The notes under the pieces are model-generated. The model was not told the origin of the DNA and searched no databases. It saw nothing but the letters and a program-made list of their open reading frames with translations. Shown here piece by piece: positions 55,101 to 64,000 of a stretch of DNA of 64,000 nt; position 1 is the stretch's first letter; every line of letters starts with the position of its first letter. This stretch comes from a plasmid. The stretch lies in the sequence record NZ_LR134445.1. One strand, given 5' to 3'. A program made the translations under genes and the position numbers.

Positions 55101-55928
55101 GTGGCGCGGGAGAGCGCGGCCGGGGCCGTCCTGAGCTCCGACGGTGCCCGCCTCGCCCCGTCGACGATCGTGACCGCCCGGCAGGCGGTGTGGATGTACC
55201 GCGAGCTGCCCGACGAGATCGACGTGCCGTTCGCGATGCCGGTCCTGTACGAGGACGAGCGGATCGTCGTCGTGGACAAGCCGCACTTCCTCGCGACGAT
55301 GCCGCGCGGCGCGCGCGTCGTGCAGAGCGCCCTCGTGCGGCTGCGCCGCGAGCTCGGCGAACCGCTGCTCTCGCCCGCGCACCGGCTCGACCGGCTCACC
55401 GCCGGCGTGCTGCTGTTCACCCGCGACCCGGCGGTGCGCGGCGCCTACCAGCAGCTCTTCGCCACCGGGCGGGCACGCAAGGAGTACGCGGCGCTCGCCC
55501 CGCTGCGCGCCGGTCTCGAGCTGCCGGTGGTCGTGGAGTCCCGCATCGAGAAGACGCCCGGCATCATGCGCGCCTACGAGGTCGACGGCCCGGTGAACGC
55601 GCGCTCCCACGTCGAGCTGGAGGCCGAGGTCCCGGGCGGGCGGGGCGGCACCGTCGGGCGGTACCGGTTGCGCCCGGAGACGGGCAAGACCCACCAGCTC
55701 CGCCTGCACATGTCGGGCCTGGGGGTGCCGATCCTGGGCGACCCGCTGTACCCGGAGCCGCGGGAGTTCGTGGACGGCGACTTCTCCGACCCGCTGCGCC
55801 TGCTGGCGCGCACGCTCGCCTTCGCCGACCCGGTGGACGGCACCGAGCGTGAATACGTGAGCGGGCGGGAACTGGCGGTCGTGAATGCGGCGGCTCCGTG
55901 CATCAGCGAGCCGGATGTGGCTTCGTAG
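55101..55928 (+). CDS. RluA-family pseudouridine synthase
   Basis: Catalytic HRLDRLTAGVLLF, VVVDKPHFLATMP. Confidence 0.75.
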   Translation: MARESAAGAVLSSDGARLAPSTIVTARQAVWMYRELPDEIDVPFAMPVLYEDERIVVVDKPHFLATMPRGARVVQSALVRLRRELGEPLLSPAHRLDRLTAGVLLFTRDPAVRGAYQQLFATGRARKEYAALAPLRAGLELPVVVESRIEKTPGIMRAYEVDGPVNARSHVELEAEVPGGRGGTVGRYRLRPETGKTHQLRLHMSGLGVPILGDPLYPEPREFVDGDFSDPLRLLARTLAFADPVDGTEREYVSGRELAVVNAAAPCISEPDVAS

Positions 55929-55952
55929 CCCCGAATTCGGCAGGTTTCACGA

Positions 55953-56777
55953 CTAGCGCGTCGCAGGAGAGCCCAGGTACGCGGCGAGCCCCGCGGCGAT
56001 CGCATCGGCGAGCCGCTGCTGACCGTCGGCGGATTCGAGCATCTTCGCCTCGGTCGCGTCCCGGAGGTTACCCGCCTCGACCAGCACCGACGGCACCGTC
56101 GCGAGGTTGAGCCCGGCCAGGTCGGAGCGCGGGTAGAGGCCGCCCGAGCCGATGTAGGAGGCGGGGGTGAAGCCGCCCGCCACGAGCGCGTCGCGCATCT
56201 TCGCGGCGTACGCGGGGCTCGCGGTCTGTTGCGCGGGGTTGAGCGGCGGCGAGGAGAGATTCACGTGAAACCCTCGGTTACCGGGGGCGGAGCCGTCGGC
56301 GTGAATGCTCACGGCGGCGTCGGCGCCCCACGAGTTGGCGGCCGCTGCGCGGGCGTCGATGCAGGACGCGACCGAGGTGTCGTCGTTGCGGGAGAGCATC
56401 ACCTGCGCGCCTGCGGCGGTGAGCGCCTGGTAGAGCTTGTACGCCACGGCGTAGTTGAAGGTGTGCTCGGGCACGCCGTTCACGCTGGTCGTTCCGGTGG
56501 TCTGGCAGGGCTTGGTGCCGCCGCGGCCGGTGGGGACCTGCTTGTTGATCGAGGCGTCGTTCGCGCCGTTGTGGCCGGGATCGACGAAGATCTTCTTCCC
56601 GGTCAGCGCGCCTGCGGCGAGCGGCGCCGCGTTGTTCACGAGGGCGGGCCCGGCGGGCGATAGGCTGGAGGGTGCGGCCGCGTTCCGCTGCTGTCCGGCG
56701 TCACCGATGGTGCAGCCGGACAGGACCAGTGCGGGGAGCATGGTCGCGGCGAGGAGGGTGGAACGGCGGTTCGTCAC
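55953..56777 (-). CDS. N-acetylmuramoyl-L-alanine amidase (Amidase_3), lipoprotein
   Basis: GTG start giving MTNRRSTLLAATMLPALVLSGC signal/lipobox. Amidase_3 Zn ligands (DPGHNG...SIHADG). Position matches my recollection of the M. tuberculosis Rv3717 neighbourhood. Confidence 0.75.
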   Translation of the reverse strand: MTNRRSTLLAATMLPALVLSGCTIGDAGQQRNAAAPSSLSPAGPALVNNAAPLAAGALTGKKIFVDPGHNGANDASINKQVPTGRGGTKPCQTTGTTSVNGVPEHTFNYAVAYKLYQALTAAGAQVMLSRNDDTSVASCIDARAAAANSWGADAAVSIHADGSAPGNRGFHVNLSSPPLNPAQQTASPAYAAKMRDALVAGGFTPASYIGSGGLYPRSDLAGLNLATVPSVLVEAGNLRDATEAKMLESADGQQRLADAIAAGLAAYLGSPATR

Positions 56778-56869
56778 GGATCGCACTGTACCGCCCCAAC
56801 CGGCACAGTGGTAACACAAGTAACACGAATCAGACATAGCGGGTCACCTGACCGGCGGAGGGAGACGGC

Positions 56870-57178
56870 ATGCAGCCCGGAGGCTCGATGGAAGACCTGA
56901 TGGCTCAGGTCGGCGCGATGCAGCAGCAGCTCATGGCGGCGCAGCAGGAACTCGCGGTGACGACGGTCGAGGGCCAGGCCGGTGGCGGCCTCGTCACGGT
57001 CACCGGCACCGGCGACGGCCAGGTGAAGTCGGTGACCATCGACCCCAAGGTGGTCGACCCGGAGGACGTCGAGACCCTGCAGGACCTGGTCCTGGGTGCG
57101 CTCTCGAACCTGGCGGACAACACCGCCGCCATCGCGCAGCAGAAGATGGGTCCGCTGGCCGGCGGCCTGCCCTTCTGA
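56870..57178 (+). CDS. ybaB: Nucleoid-associated protein YbaB/EbfC
   Basis: MQPGG...[45 protein letters not shown]. Confidence 0.9.
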   Translation: MQPGGSMEDLMAQVGAMQQQLMAAQQELAVTTVEGQAGGGLVTVTGTGDGQVKSVTIDPKVVDPEDVETLQDLVLGALSNLADNTAAIAQQKMGPLAGGLPF

Positions 57179-57188
57179 CGGTCCGCCC

Positions 57189-57842
57189 GTGTACGAAGGA
57201 CCCGTTCAGGAGCTGATCGACGAGTTGGCCAAGCTCCCGGGGGTGGGGCCGCGCGGTGCTCAGCGCATCGCGTTCCACCTCCTGGGGGTGCAGCCCACCG
57301 ACATCGATCGGCTCACGAACGCGCTCACCCGCGTGCGCAACGACGTGCGGTACTGCGAGGTGTGCGGCAACGTCTCCGCCGAGACCCGGTGCCGGATCTG
57401 CTCCGATCCGCGCCGCGACGCCTCCAAGATCTGCGTGGTCGAGGAGGCCAAGGACGTCCAGGCCGTCGAGCGCACCCGCGAGTACCGCGGCCTCTATCAC
57501 GTGCTCGGCGGCGCGTTGAACCCGATCAAATCGGTCGGCCCCGACAAGCTGCGGATCCGTGAGTTGCTCGTCCGCCTCGGCACGTCGGTCGACGGGGTCG
57601 ACGTCGACGAGGTGATCATCGCGACCGACCCGAACACCGAGGGCGAGGCCACAGCGGCCTTCCTCGTGCGGATGCTCAAGGACTTCCCCGGCCTCACCGT
57701 CACGCGCCCCGCCGCGGGCCTGCCGATGGGTGCGGAGCTCGAGTTCGCCGACGAGCTGACCCTCGGCCGCGCCATGAGCGGCCGTCGGTCCCTGTCCGAG
57801 CCGCCGCGCGTGCTCGAGGAGTTCCCGCCCGCGGGCGGGTGA
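57189..57842 (+). CDS. recR: Recombination protein RecR
   Basis: GTG start. HhH ([15 protein letters not shown]), C4 zinc finger ([16 protein letters not shown]), Toprim ([14 protein letters not shown]). Confidence 0.9.
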   Translation: MYEGPVQELIDELAKLPGVGPRGAQRIAFHLLGVQPTDIDRLTNALTRVRNDVRYCEVCGNVSAETRCRICSDPRRDASKICVVEEAKDVQAVERTREYRGLYHVLGGALNPIKSVGPDKLRIRELLVRLGTSVDGVDVDEVIIATDPNTEGEATAAFLVRMLKDFPGLTVTRPAAGLPMGAELEFADELTLGRAMSGRRSLSEPPRVLEEFPPAGG

Positions 57843-57845
57843 GGT

Positions 57846-58394
57846 ATGGAGGCCCCCGAACTGCTGGCCCGGCTGGGCGGCGCCGAGGGCATCGTCGCGA
57901 TCGACGGTCCGTCCGGCGCCGGCAAGTCGACGTACGCGCAGCGCCTCGTCGGCGATCTCCGGGCCGACGGTGCCCGCGTCGCCCTGATCCGCACGGACCA
58001 CTACGCCACCTGGGACGACCCGGTCTCGTGGTGGCCGCAGCTCGTCGCCGAGGTGATCGATCCGCTGGTGCGCGGCCGCGACGCCTTCTACCGCCCCATG
58101 GTGTGGCGCGACGGCGTACCGACTCCCGGGGAGGAGCTGCGGGTGCCGCGCGCCTCGCTCATCGTCGTCGAGGGCGTCTCGAGCGCCCGCCGCTCGTTCG
58201 CCGACCGCTTGTCGCTGGGGCTCTGGCTGGACGGCGGCACCGCCGAGCAGCGGCTCGAGCGGGCCGTCGCGCGCGACGGTGAGGAGTCGCGGGCCGAGCT
58301 GGTGCGCTGGCAGGAGTTCGAGCGCGGCTGGTTCGCGGTCGACGGGACGCGCGAGCGCTGCGTCGTCGTCGAGCCCCGGTCGGTCGGGGCCTAG
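57846..58394 (+). CDS. P-loop NTPase (uridine-kinase/AAA-like) of unknown function
   Basis: Walker A IDGPSGAGKST, Walker B LIVVEG. Confidence 0.5.
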   Translation: MEAPELLARLGGAEGIVAIDGPSGAGKSTYAQRLVGDLRADGARVALIRTDHYATWDDPVSWWPQLVAEVIDPLVRGRDAFYRPMVWRDGVPTPGEELRVPRASLIVVEGVSSARRSFADRLSLGLWLDGGTAEQRLERAVARDGEESRAELVRWQEFERGWFAVDGTRERCVVVEPRSVGA

Positions 58395-58426
58395 AACCTG
58401 TCGGTGCCGTGTGGCACCGTCGGGGC

Positions 58427-59023
58427 ATGGCAGACCCGTCCTACGACGCGGCCCTCAAGGCCGATATTCAGCACTACTTGGATCGGGCGCGCGACGCGCT
58501 GCTCTGGAAGGTCGAGGGTCTCGGCGAGTACGACCTGCGGCGCCCGCTCACGCCCACGGGCACCAACCTCCTAGGCCTGGTCAAGCATTGCGCGATGGTG
58601 GACTCCGGCTATCTCGGCGGCTGCTTCGGCCGGCCGTTCACGCATCCGCACCTCCCCGATCCGGAGTCACCCGATTACGTCCCGGACGACGACCTGTGGG
58701 TCCGCGCCGACGAGCCGACCGCGGCGATCGTCGACCTGTTCACGCGAGCTCGCGCGCATGCCACCGCGACCCTCACCGAGCTCCCGCTCACCGCGACGGG
58801 CGTCGTACCGTGGTGGGGCGAGCGCGGCCGGGCGGTCACCCTGCACCGGCTCGCGATGCACACCTTCTACGACCTCGACCGGCACGCCAGCCAGGCCGAT
58901 ATCGTCCGCGAGAGCATCGACGGTGCCGCCGGCCTGCAGCCCGGCAACAGCAACCTCCCCGACGGCGTCGACTGGACCGCGTACCGCGCGAAGGTCGAGG
59001 CCGCTGCGCGGGCCGCGGAATAG
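58427..59023 (+). CDS. DinB/DUF664 family protein
   Basis: Second DinB_2-like four-helix-bundle protein in window (HCAMVDSGYL...HRLAMHTFYDLDRHASQADIVRE). Confidence 0.65.
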   Translation: MADPSYDAALKADIQHYLDRARDALLWKVEGLGEYDLRRPLTPTGTNLLGLVKHCAMVDSGYLGGCFGRPFTHPHLPDPESPDYVPDDDLWVRADEPTAAIVDLFTRARAHATATLTELPLTATGVVPWWGERGRAVTLHRLAMHTFYDLDRHASQADIVRESIDGAAGLQPGNSNLPDGVDWTAYRAKVEAAARAAE

Positions 59024-59032
59024 AATCGAGCC

Positions 59033-59521
59033 ATGCGCCTGCGCGACCATCCGATCGTCGAGGTCTCCCGGAAGCTCCCCTGCTCGCCGGAGGAGGCGTG
59101 GCGCCTCGTCACGGACATCACGCTCCCCACGCGGGCCGAGGGGGAACTGCAGCGCGCCGAATGGCTCGACGGTGCCGACGGCGTCGCAGTCGGCGCGCGG
59201 TTCCGCGGCCACAACGCCGACCCCGAGATCGGCGAGTGGTTCACCGAGCCCGAGGTCACCGAGGTCGAGGACGGGCGGCGTTGGGTCTGGCGGGTGGGTC
59301 CGGCCGGTGATCCGTTGGCCACCTGGGGATTCGAGGTCGAGCCCGCGGAGGGCGGCGCGCTGGTGCGGCAGTGGGCCCGTGCGGGAACGGGGACGTCGCC
59401 GCTGAGCGAGTACATCGCGCAGCACCCGGAGCAGGAGGCGCAGATCATCGACTTCCGCCTCGGCCTCTGGCGCGACTACATGGAGGCCAACCTCGATCTC
59501 CTCGCGCGGGAAGTGGGCTGA
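59033..59521 (+). CDS. SRPBCC family protein
   Basis: 162 aa, AHSA1-like. Confidence 0.65.
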   Translation: MRLRDHPIVEVSRKLPCSPEEAWRLVTDITLPTRAEGELQRAEWLDGADGVAVGARFRGHNADPEIGEWFTEPEVTEVEDGRRWVWRVGPAGDPLATWGFEVEPAEGGALVRQWARAGTGTSPLSEYIAQHPEQEAQIIDFRLGLWRDYMEANLDLLAREVG

Positions 59522-59522
59522 C

Positions 59523-60047
59523 GTGCCCGCCGGGTTCGCCCTCTTCGACACCGCGGTCGGGCGGTGCGGGATCGCCTGGGGCACCGACGGTGCCGTGACC
59601 GCCGTTCGGCTGCCGGAGGACTCCGACGAGGCCACCGCGCAGCACCTCGGCGGTGGCGAAGCACCCTCCGAACCGCCGGAGTCGGTCGCGCGAGTGATCG
59701 CGGCCGTGGTCGCCCTGGTCTCCGGCGCGAACCTCGACGACGACCTCGCCTGGGTTTCGCTGGACATGCAGGGGCTCACCGATTTTCAGCGCGCCGTGTA
59801 CGACGTCGCGCGGCGGATCCCGCCCGGCTCCACCCGGACCTACGGCGAGATCGCCACGGAGATCGGCCTCCCCGGCTCCGCCCGTGCGGTCGGCCGGGCG
59901 TTGGGCGAGAACCCCTTCCCGCCGGTCGTGCCCTGCCACCGCGTGACCGCGGCGAACGGCCGCACCGGCGGCTTCTCCGCCGGCGGCGGCGTCACCACCA
60001 AGATGCGCCTCCTCGCGACCGAACAGGCGGTTCTGGGGCTCTGGTGA
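59523..60047 (+). CDS. ogt: Methylated-DNA-[protein]-cysteine S-methyltransferase
   Basis: Active site PCHRV, RTYGEIA HTH. Confidence 0.85.
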   Translation: MPAGFALFDTAVGRCGIAWGTDGAVTAVRLPEDSDEATAQHLGGGEAPSEPPESVARVIAAVVALVSGANLDDDLAWVSLDMQGLTDFQRAVYDVARRIPPGSTRTYGEIATEIGLPGSARAVGRALGENPFPPVVPCHRVTAANGRTGGFSAGGGVTTKMRLLATEQAVLGLW

Positions 60048-60257
60048 CTACTCCGCGCCTGGCGAGACCACAGTGAGCCCCTCGACCTCGGCTGCGTCGC
60101 GAAGGCGCTTGTCGTCCGTGACGAACGCGCTGATCTGATCGCGGATGCTGATAGCTGACGCCAAATGCTCTCGGGCGAGCACGTCGCTGATGACGGCTTC
60201 CAGGAGTTCCACGAGTGCCCGCTGAACCGGGCAGACGAAGCCATGCGTCGCGCGCAT
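60048..60257 (-). pseudogene. Possible truncated PIN-domain (VapC) remnant, 69 aa
   Basis: C-terminal-like ...DDKRLRDAAEVEGLTVVSPG. No room for a full PIN domain before the gatD stop. Weak. Confidence 0.2.
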
Positions 60258-60329
60258 GGCTTCGCGCGGAGAGACACCTGTTCCGCAGGCCGGGCCGACC
60301 GCGCGTGAACCCGGACAGCCCCGCCGGTC

Positions 60330-61067
60330 CTACTTCCGGAGGCGCTCGCGCCGGAGCAGCTCCACGTCCGGCAGGTCCAACGGCTCCAGCGACCGCCCGG
60401 TCGCGCGGGACAGGAGGTGGTCGGCCAGCTCGGGGTTCCGGGCGAGCGCGGGGCCGTGCATGTACGTGCCGAGCACGCTGCCCTGGACGACACCGTCGAC
60501 CGGCGAGCCGGCGCCGTTGCCCGTGCCCCGGACCACGCGCATCAGCGGCGCGGCGTCCGGGCCGAGAGCCGAACCGCCGCGGTGGTTCTCGAAGCCCGTG
60601 AGCGGCTGCGTGAGCCCGTCGACCAGCGGCACGCCCTCGATCTCGCCGATCGAACGGGTGGCCTGGGGAGTGGTGGTGAGGTCGAAGAGCGAGATGCCGT
60701 CCACGCGCTCGCCCTCGGAGGTCTCGTACCAGTGGCCGAGCACCTGGATCGCGGCGCAGATCGCGAGCACCGGCGCGCCCTTCGCCGCGGCCTCCTGCAT
60801 GCCCGGGTACTGCGTGAGGTGGCGGGTGGCGAGCCGCTGCGCGTAGTCCTCGGCGCCGCCCAGCGTGTAGATGTCGCACGACGCGGGCACCGGATCGGCC
60901 AGCGTGATCGGCAGCACCTCGGCGTCGATGCCGCGCAGCCGCGCGCGCTGGCGCAGCACGAGGGCGTTGCCGCCGTCGCCGTAGGTGCCCATCACGTCGG
61001 GCAGCACCAGGCCGATGACCAGGGTGGACTCGGTGATCCGGGCCTCGGATCCGGAGAAGTCGATCAC
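60330..61067 (-). CDS. gatD: Lipid II isoglutaminyl synthase glutaminase subunit (CobQ/CobB-type GATase)
   Basis: 245 aa, catalytic Cys in PVLAICAAIQVLG, His in YMHGPA. Confidence 0.8.
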   Translation of the reverse strand: MIDFSGSEARITESTLVIGLVLPDVMGTYGDGGNALVLRQRARLRGIDAEVLPITLADPVPASCDIYTLGGAEDYAQRLATRHLTQYPGMQEAAAKGAPVLAICAAIQVLGHWYETSEGERVDGISLFDLTTTPQATRSIGEIEGVPLVDGLTQPLTGFENHRGGSALGPDAAPLMRVVRGTGNGAGSPVDGVVQGSVLGTYMHGPALARNPELADHLLSRATGRSLEPLDLPDVELLRRERLRK

Positions 61068-62305
61068 GCGCGCCGCCCTTCCAGAGCCGTGTTCAGGTCG
61101 CGGAACGCCGTGTAATTGGCGAGCACCTCGACGCGCCCGGGCGGGCACGAGGCGATCGCCGCGACCGGATCGGCGACGAGCGAATGCTCGGCGCCGGCGT
61201 AGGTGAGCCGCACGGCGAGGTCCGCGCCGCGCTCGCCCGACGCCACGACCTTGCCGTTCTCGAACCGCTCGAACTGCACGTCCCACAGCCAGGAGAGGTC
61301 CTCGCCGTCGGGGACCTGCCCGTTCACCGCGATCACCAGGCCCTCGGCGGTGCCGTCGATCATCGACATGGCCTCCTGCCAGCCGGCCGGGTTCTTCGCG
61401 AGCAGCATCCGCACGGTGTGCTCGCCGACGGTGACCGTCGCATACCGTCCGGCGACCTCGCCGACGGTGCCGACGGCCTCGACCGCGGCCCGGGCGTCGG
61501 CGCCCATGGCGACCGCTGCGGCCACCGCCTGCGCCGCGTTGCCGCGGTTGGCCCGGCCGGGCAGGCGCAGGGTGAGCGGCGCGACGAAGCCGTCGGGCCC
61601 GTGGATGTTCTCGTCGTCGACCCACCAGTCCGGCTCCGGGCGGGAGAAATCGGTCCCCGTCGAGTACCAGTGCGCGCCGTCGCGGACGATGGGCTCGCCC
61701 GAGCGGGGGCACGACGTGGAGTCGCTGGTCCAGCCCGCGCCGGCCGCGACCCAGACGACGTTCTTCGCGTCGTAGGCGACGGAAGTGACGAGCACGTCGT
61801 CGCAGTTGGCGATCACCGTGAGCTCGGGGTGCGCGTCGACGCCCGCACGCAGCCGTCGCTCGATGGCGTTGATCTCGCCGACCCGGTCCAACTGGTCACG
61901 GGACAGGTTCAGCAGCACCAGCGCCTCGGCAGTGGTCGCGTCCAGCACGTGCGGGACGTGCAACTCGTCGACCTCGAGGGCCGCGAGCGGCGCGCGCTGG
62001 TGCGCGGTGAGCGCGGCGACGATCCCGGCGTCCATGTTGGCCCCGTCGGCCTGCGTGGCGACCTCGCGGCCGAGCGTGCCGAGGGCGGCGGCGGTCATGC
62101 GGGTGGTGGTCGACTTGCCGTTGGTGCCGGTCACGACCACTGTGCGCTTGCCGGCGGCGAGCCGTGACATCAGGTTCGGCTCGATCTTGAGCGCGACGAG
62201 GCCGCCGATCATCGAGCCCTTGCCGCGCCCGGCGCGCTGCGACGCCCAGGCTGCGGATCGGGCGGCGAGCAGCGCCGCGCGGGCGCGGAGGGGAAGTCCG
62301 GGCAT
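61064..62305 (-). CDS. murT: Lipid II isoglutaminyl synthase Mur-ligase-family subunit
   Basis: Mur ligase P-loop VVTGTNGKSTTT. C-terminal DUF1727 with Cys cluster region. 4-nt overlap with gatD. Confidence 0.8.
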   Translation of the reverse strand: MPGLPLRARAALLAARSAAWASQRAGRGKGSMIGGLVALKIEPNLMSRLAAGKRTVVVTGTNGKSTTTRMTAAALGTLGREVATQADGANMDAGIVAALTAHQRAPLAALEVDELHVPHVLDATTAEALVLLNLSRDQLDRVGEINAIERRLRAGVDAHPELTVIANCDDVLVTSVAYDAKNVVWVAAGAGWTSDSTSCPRSGEPIVRDGAHWYSTGTDFSRPEPDWWVDDENIHGPDGFVAPLTLRLPGRANRGNAAQAVAAAVAMGADARAAVEAVGTVGEVAGRYATVTVGEHTVRMLLAKNPAGWQEAMSMIDGTAEGLVIAVNGQVPDGEDLSWLWDVQFERFENGKVVASGERGADLAVRLTYAGAEHSLVADPVAAIASCPPGRVEVLANYTAFRDLNTALEGRRA

Positions 62306-62333
62306 GCGCTCCAGGATAGGGCAAGCTGGATTC

Positions 62334-63080
62334 ATGGCTGAACTGCACGAAGATCGGCGCCGCGCCCTCTCGTTCGGGGCGATCGCCGACGACTACGACA
62401 GGCTCCGGCCCCGCTACAGCGACGTCACGCTCGATGCGATCGCCACCGGCGGCACCGCGCTCGACGTCGGCGCGGGCACGGGCATCCTCGCCCGGCAGCT
62501 CCGGGACCGTGGGATGGACGTGCTGGCGGTGGAGCCCGACGGCGCCATGGCCGACGTCGCGCGGGCCTCGGGCGTGCCCGCCGAGGTCGCGACGTTCGAG
62601 GAGTGGGACGCGCGGGGCCGCACCTTCGACCTGGTCACCTTCGGCCAGTCCTGGCACTGGGTCGACGCCGACACCGCGGTCCCGCGCCTCGCCGGACTGC
62701 TCAACCCGGGCGGCCGCGTCGTGCTGCTCTGGAACAAGCTGCGGCCGACGGCACCGTCGAACGACGACCTGCGCGCCGCGAGCGAGGACTACGTCAACGT
62801 CGAGGCCGCGGGCGCGGGCACCGCGCACGACCAGATGTACGCGATGGCCGAGCTGCGCGGCCGTTTCGAGGCGGCCGGCTTCACCGTGGCCGAGCGCGAG
62901 GACTCGTGGACCGAGACGCAGGAGAAGGACCGATGGCTCGACCTGGTCTTCACCTACTCGGGGCACTCAACCCTGCCGGACGACCGCCGGGTCGCGCTGC
63001 GTGCCGCGCTCGCCGAGGTCATCGGCGACGGTGACGTCGAGCTCGCCGCCGGCACCATCGCCCTCGTCGCCGAGCGGTAG
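62334..63080 (+). CDS. Class I SAM-dependent methyltransferase
   Basis: Motif I LDVGAGTGILARQL, motif II VDLVTFGQSWHWVD. Confidence 0.7.
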   Translation: MAELHEDRRRALSFGAIADDYDRLRPRYSDVTLDAIATGGTALDVGAGTGILARQLRDRGMDVLAVEPDGAMADVARASGVPAEVATFEEWDARGRTFDLVTFGQSWHWVDADTAVPRLAGLLNPGGRVVLLWNKLRPTAPSNDDLRAASEDYVNVEAAGAGTAHDQMYAMAELRGRFEAAGFTVAEREDSWTETQEKDRWLDLVFTYSGHSTLPDDRRVALRAALAEVIGDGDVELAAGTIALVAER

Positions 63081-63962
63081 CGGCGCGGGCCGGCGCAGCA
63101 TCCCCAGTAGGCAACCCGCGATCACGATCGCCGCGCCCGTCAGTGCCAGCGCCGTCGGGTGCTCGCCGAGGACCACGGCGCTCGCGGCGATGCCGACGAC
63201 CGGGACGAGGAGCGTCGCGGGCGCGACCGTGGATGCGGGGTAGCGGGCCATCAGCGCGCCCCACAGCCCGTATCCGACGACGGTGCTGAGGATCGCGATG
63301 TACGCGACGCCCAGGAGCGCGAGGCGGCCGTCGGCACCGTCGAGGCTGTGGGCCAAGGCCTTCCAGCCCGTGGTGGGCCCCTCGAAGACGGCGCTGAGCG
63401 CCAGCATGGGCAGGGGCGGGATCACCGACATCCAGAGGGTGAAGCGGAAGGGCTCCGACGGTGCCGCCAGCCGCTGTCCGATGTTGCCGAACGCCCAGCT
63501 GAGGCCGCCGAGAAGCGTGAGGACGACGCCGAGCACTCCGACGCCCGCCGCGGCGTCCGCGCGGTCGGCGATGATCAGGCCCATGCCGACGACGGCGATG
63601 CCGATGCCCGCGATCTGCCGCACGGTGAGCTTCTCGTGCAGGAGGACGGCGCCGAGCAACACGGTGAACGGCGCCGACGACTGCAGTACCAGCGAGGCGA
63701 GTCCGGTCGGCATGCCGATGTGCATCGCCGTGAACAGCAGGCCGAACTGGAAGGTGCCCGAGCCGATGCCGTAGAGCAGCAGCCACTTCACCGGTCCCTT
63801 CGGCGGCCGCACGAAGAGCAGCACCGGCAGCGCCAGCACGAGGAAGCGCAGGGCGCCCAGGAAGAGCGGCGGGAAGTAGTCGAGGCCGTAGCGGATGGCG
63901 AGGAAGTTCAGCCCCCAGAGCACGACGACGGTGAGGGCGACGAGGCGGTGGCGGGGGCTCAT
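62967..63962 (-). CDS. EamA/DMT family transporter
   Basis: 10 TM helices in two EamA repeats. 3' end overlaps the convergent methyltransferase gene by ~110 nt. Confidence 0.65.
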   Translation of the reverse strand: MSPRHRLVALTVVVLWGLNFLAIRYGLDYFPPLFLGALRFLVLALPVLLFVRPPKGPVKWLLLYGIGSGTFQFGLLFTAMHIGMPTGLASLVLQSSAPFTVLLGAVLLHEKLTVRQIAGIGIAVVGMGLIIADRADAAAGVGVLGVVLTLLGGLSWAFGNIGQRLAAPSEPFRFTLWMSVIPPLPMLALSAVFEGPTTGWKALAHSLDGADGRLALLGVAYIAILSTVVGYGLWGALMARYPASTVAPATLLVPVVGIAASAVVLGEHPTALALTGAAIVIAGCLLGMLRRPAPLPLGDEGDGAGGELDVTVADDLGERGTQRDPAVVRQG

Positions 63963-64000
63963 GCGCTCCACTCTCCAGCGCCGAGACCGGAAGGACAATC

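Overview
High-GC (~68-70%) actinobacterial chromosome segment. Gene content and synteny point to Mycobacteriales (Gordonia/Rhodococcus/Nocardia/Mycobacterium-like): PE-PPE domain protein, MmpL, LigC/PrimPolC, a dnaX–ybaB–recR–amidase block and a tyrA–tadA–tRNA-Ser block that both resemble M. tuberculosis neighbourhoods (Rv numbers recalled from memory, not checked). The window is densely coding on both strands with no integrase or transposase and no CRISPR. Features I can support: (i) an Asp23/alkaline-shock stress locus around an ECF sigma factor; (ii) four tRNA genes (Ser-GCU, Arg-ACG, Ser-CGA, Ser-GGA) with flanking hairpin terminators; (iii) a catabolic cluster of acyl-CoA synthetase, LAL-type LuxR regulator, HSL-family esterase, Baeyer-Villiger monooxygenase, Zn-alcohol dehydrogenase and DUF779, plus an aldehyde dehydrogenase with a GAF regulator; (iv) a VapBC toxin-antitoxin pair; (v) DNA-repair genes (LigC + LigD-type PrimPol, WYL regulator, two DinB/DUF664 proteins, Ogt); (vi) cell-envelope genes (MurT/GatD, Amidase_3, GT87 mannosyltransferase-like, PhoA lipoprotein, PAP2, PE-PPE); (vii) a Cfa-like methyltransferase plus FAD-oxidoreductase pair resembling the tuberculostearic-acid (BfaB/BfaA) genes. 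The most unusual feature is a single uninterrupted 4.2-kb ORF (26962-31134). It fuses a complete MmpL/RND transporter, through a ~190-aa low-complexity linker, to a queuine tRNA-ribosyltransferase (TGT)-like domain. That domain keeps the catalytic Asp motifs but has lost all three zinc-ligand cysteines. It lies 1.3 kb from a glutamyl-Q tRNA(Asp) synthetase gene, with a GlxA/AraC regulator between them. I found no described counterpart for this module from memory. Other points worth a second look: a 58-bp tandem repeat (2.65 copies) spanning the phoA stop codon; a family of CCACCC...GGGTGG hairpin repeats in the BVMO/ADH divergent promoter; an AT-rich perfect palindrome upstream of an ArsR regulator; triple GTTGCA motifs upstream of the aldehyde dehydrogenase. 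Caveat: at a few line boundaries the printed sequence and the ORF track disagreed by one base, so coordinates I derived by reading rather than by codon arithmetic from ORF-track ends may be off by 1-2 nt.
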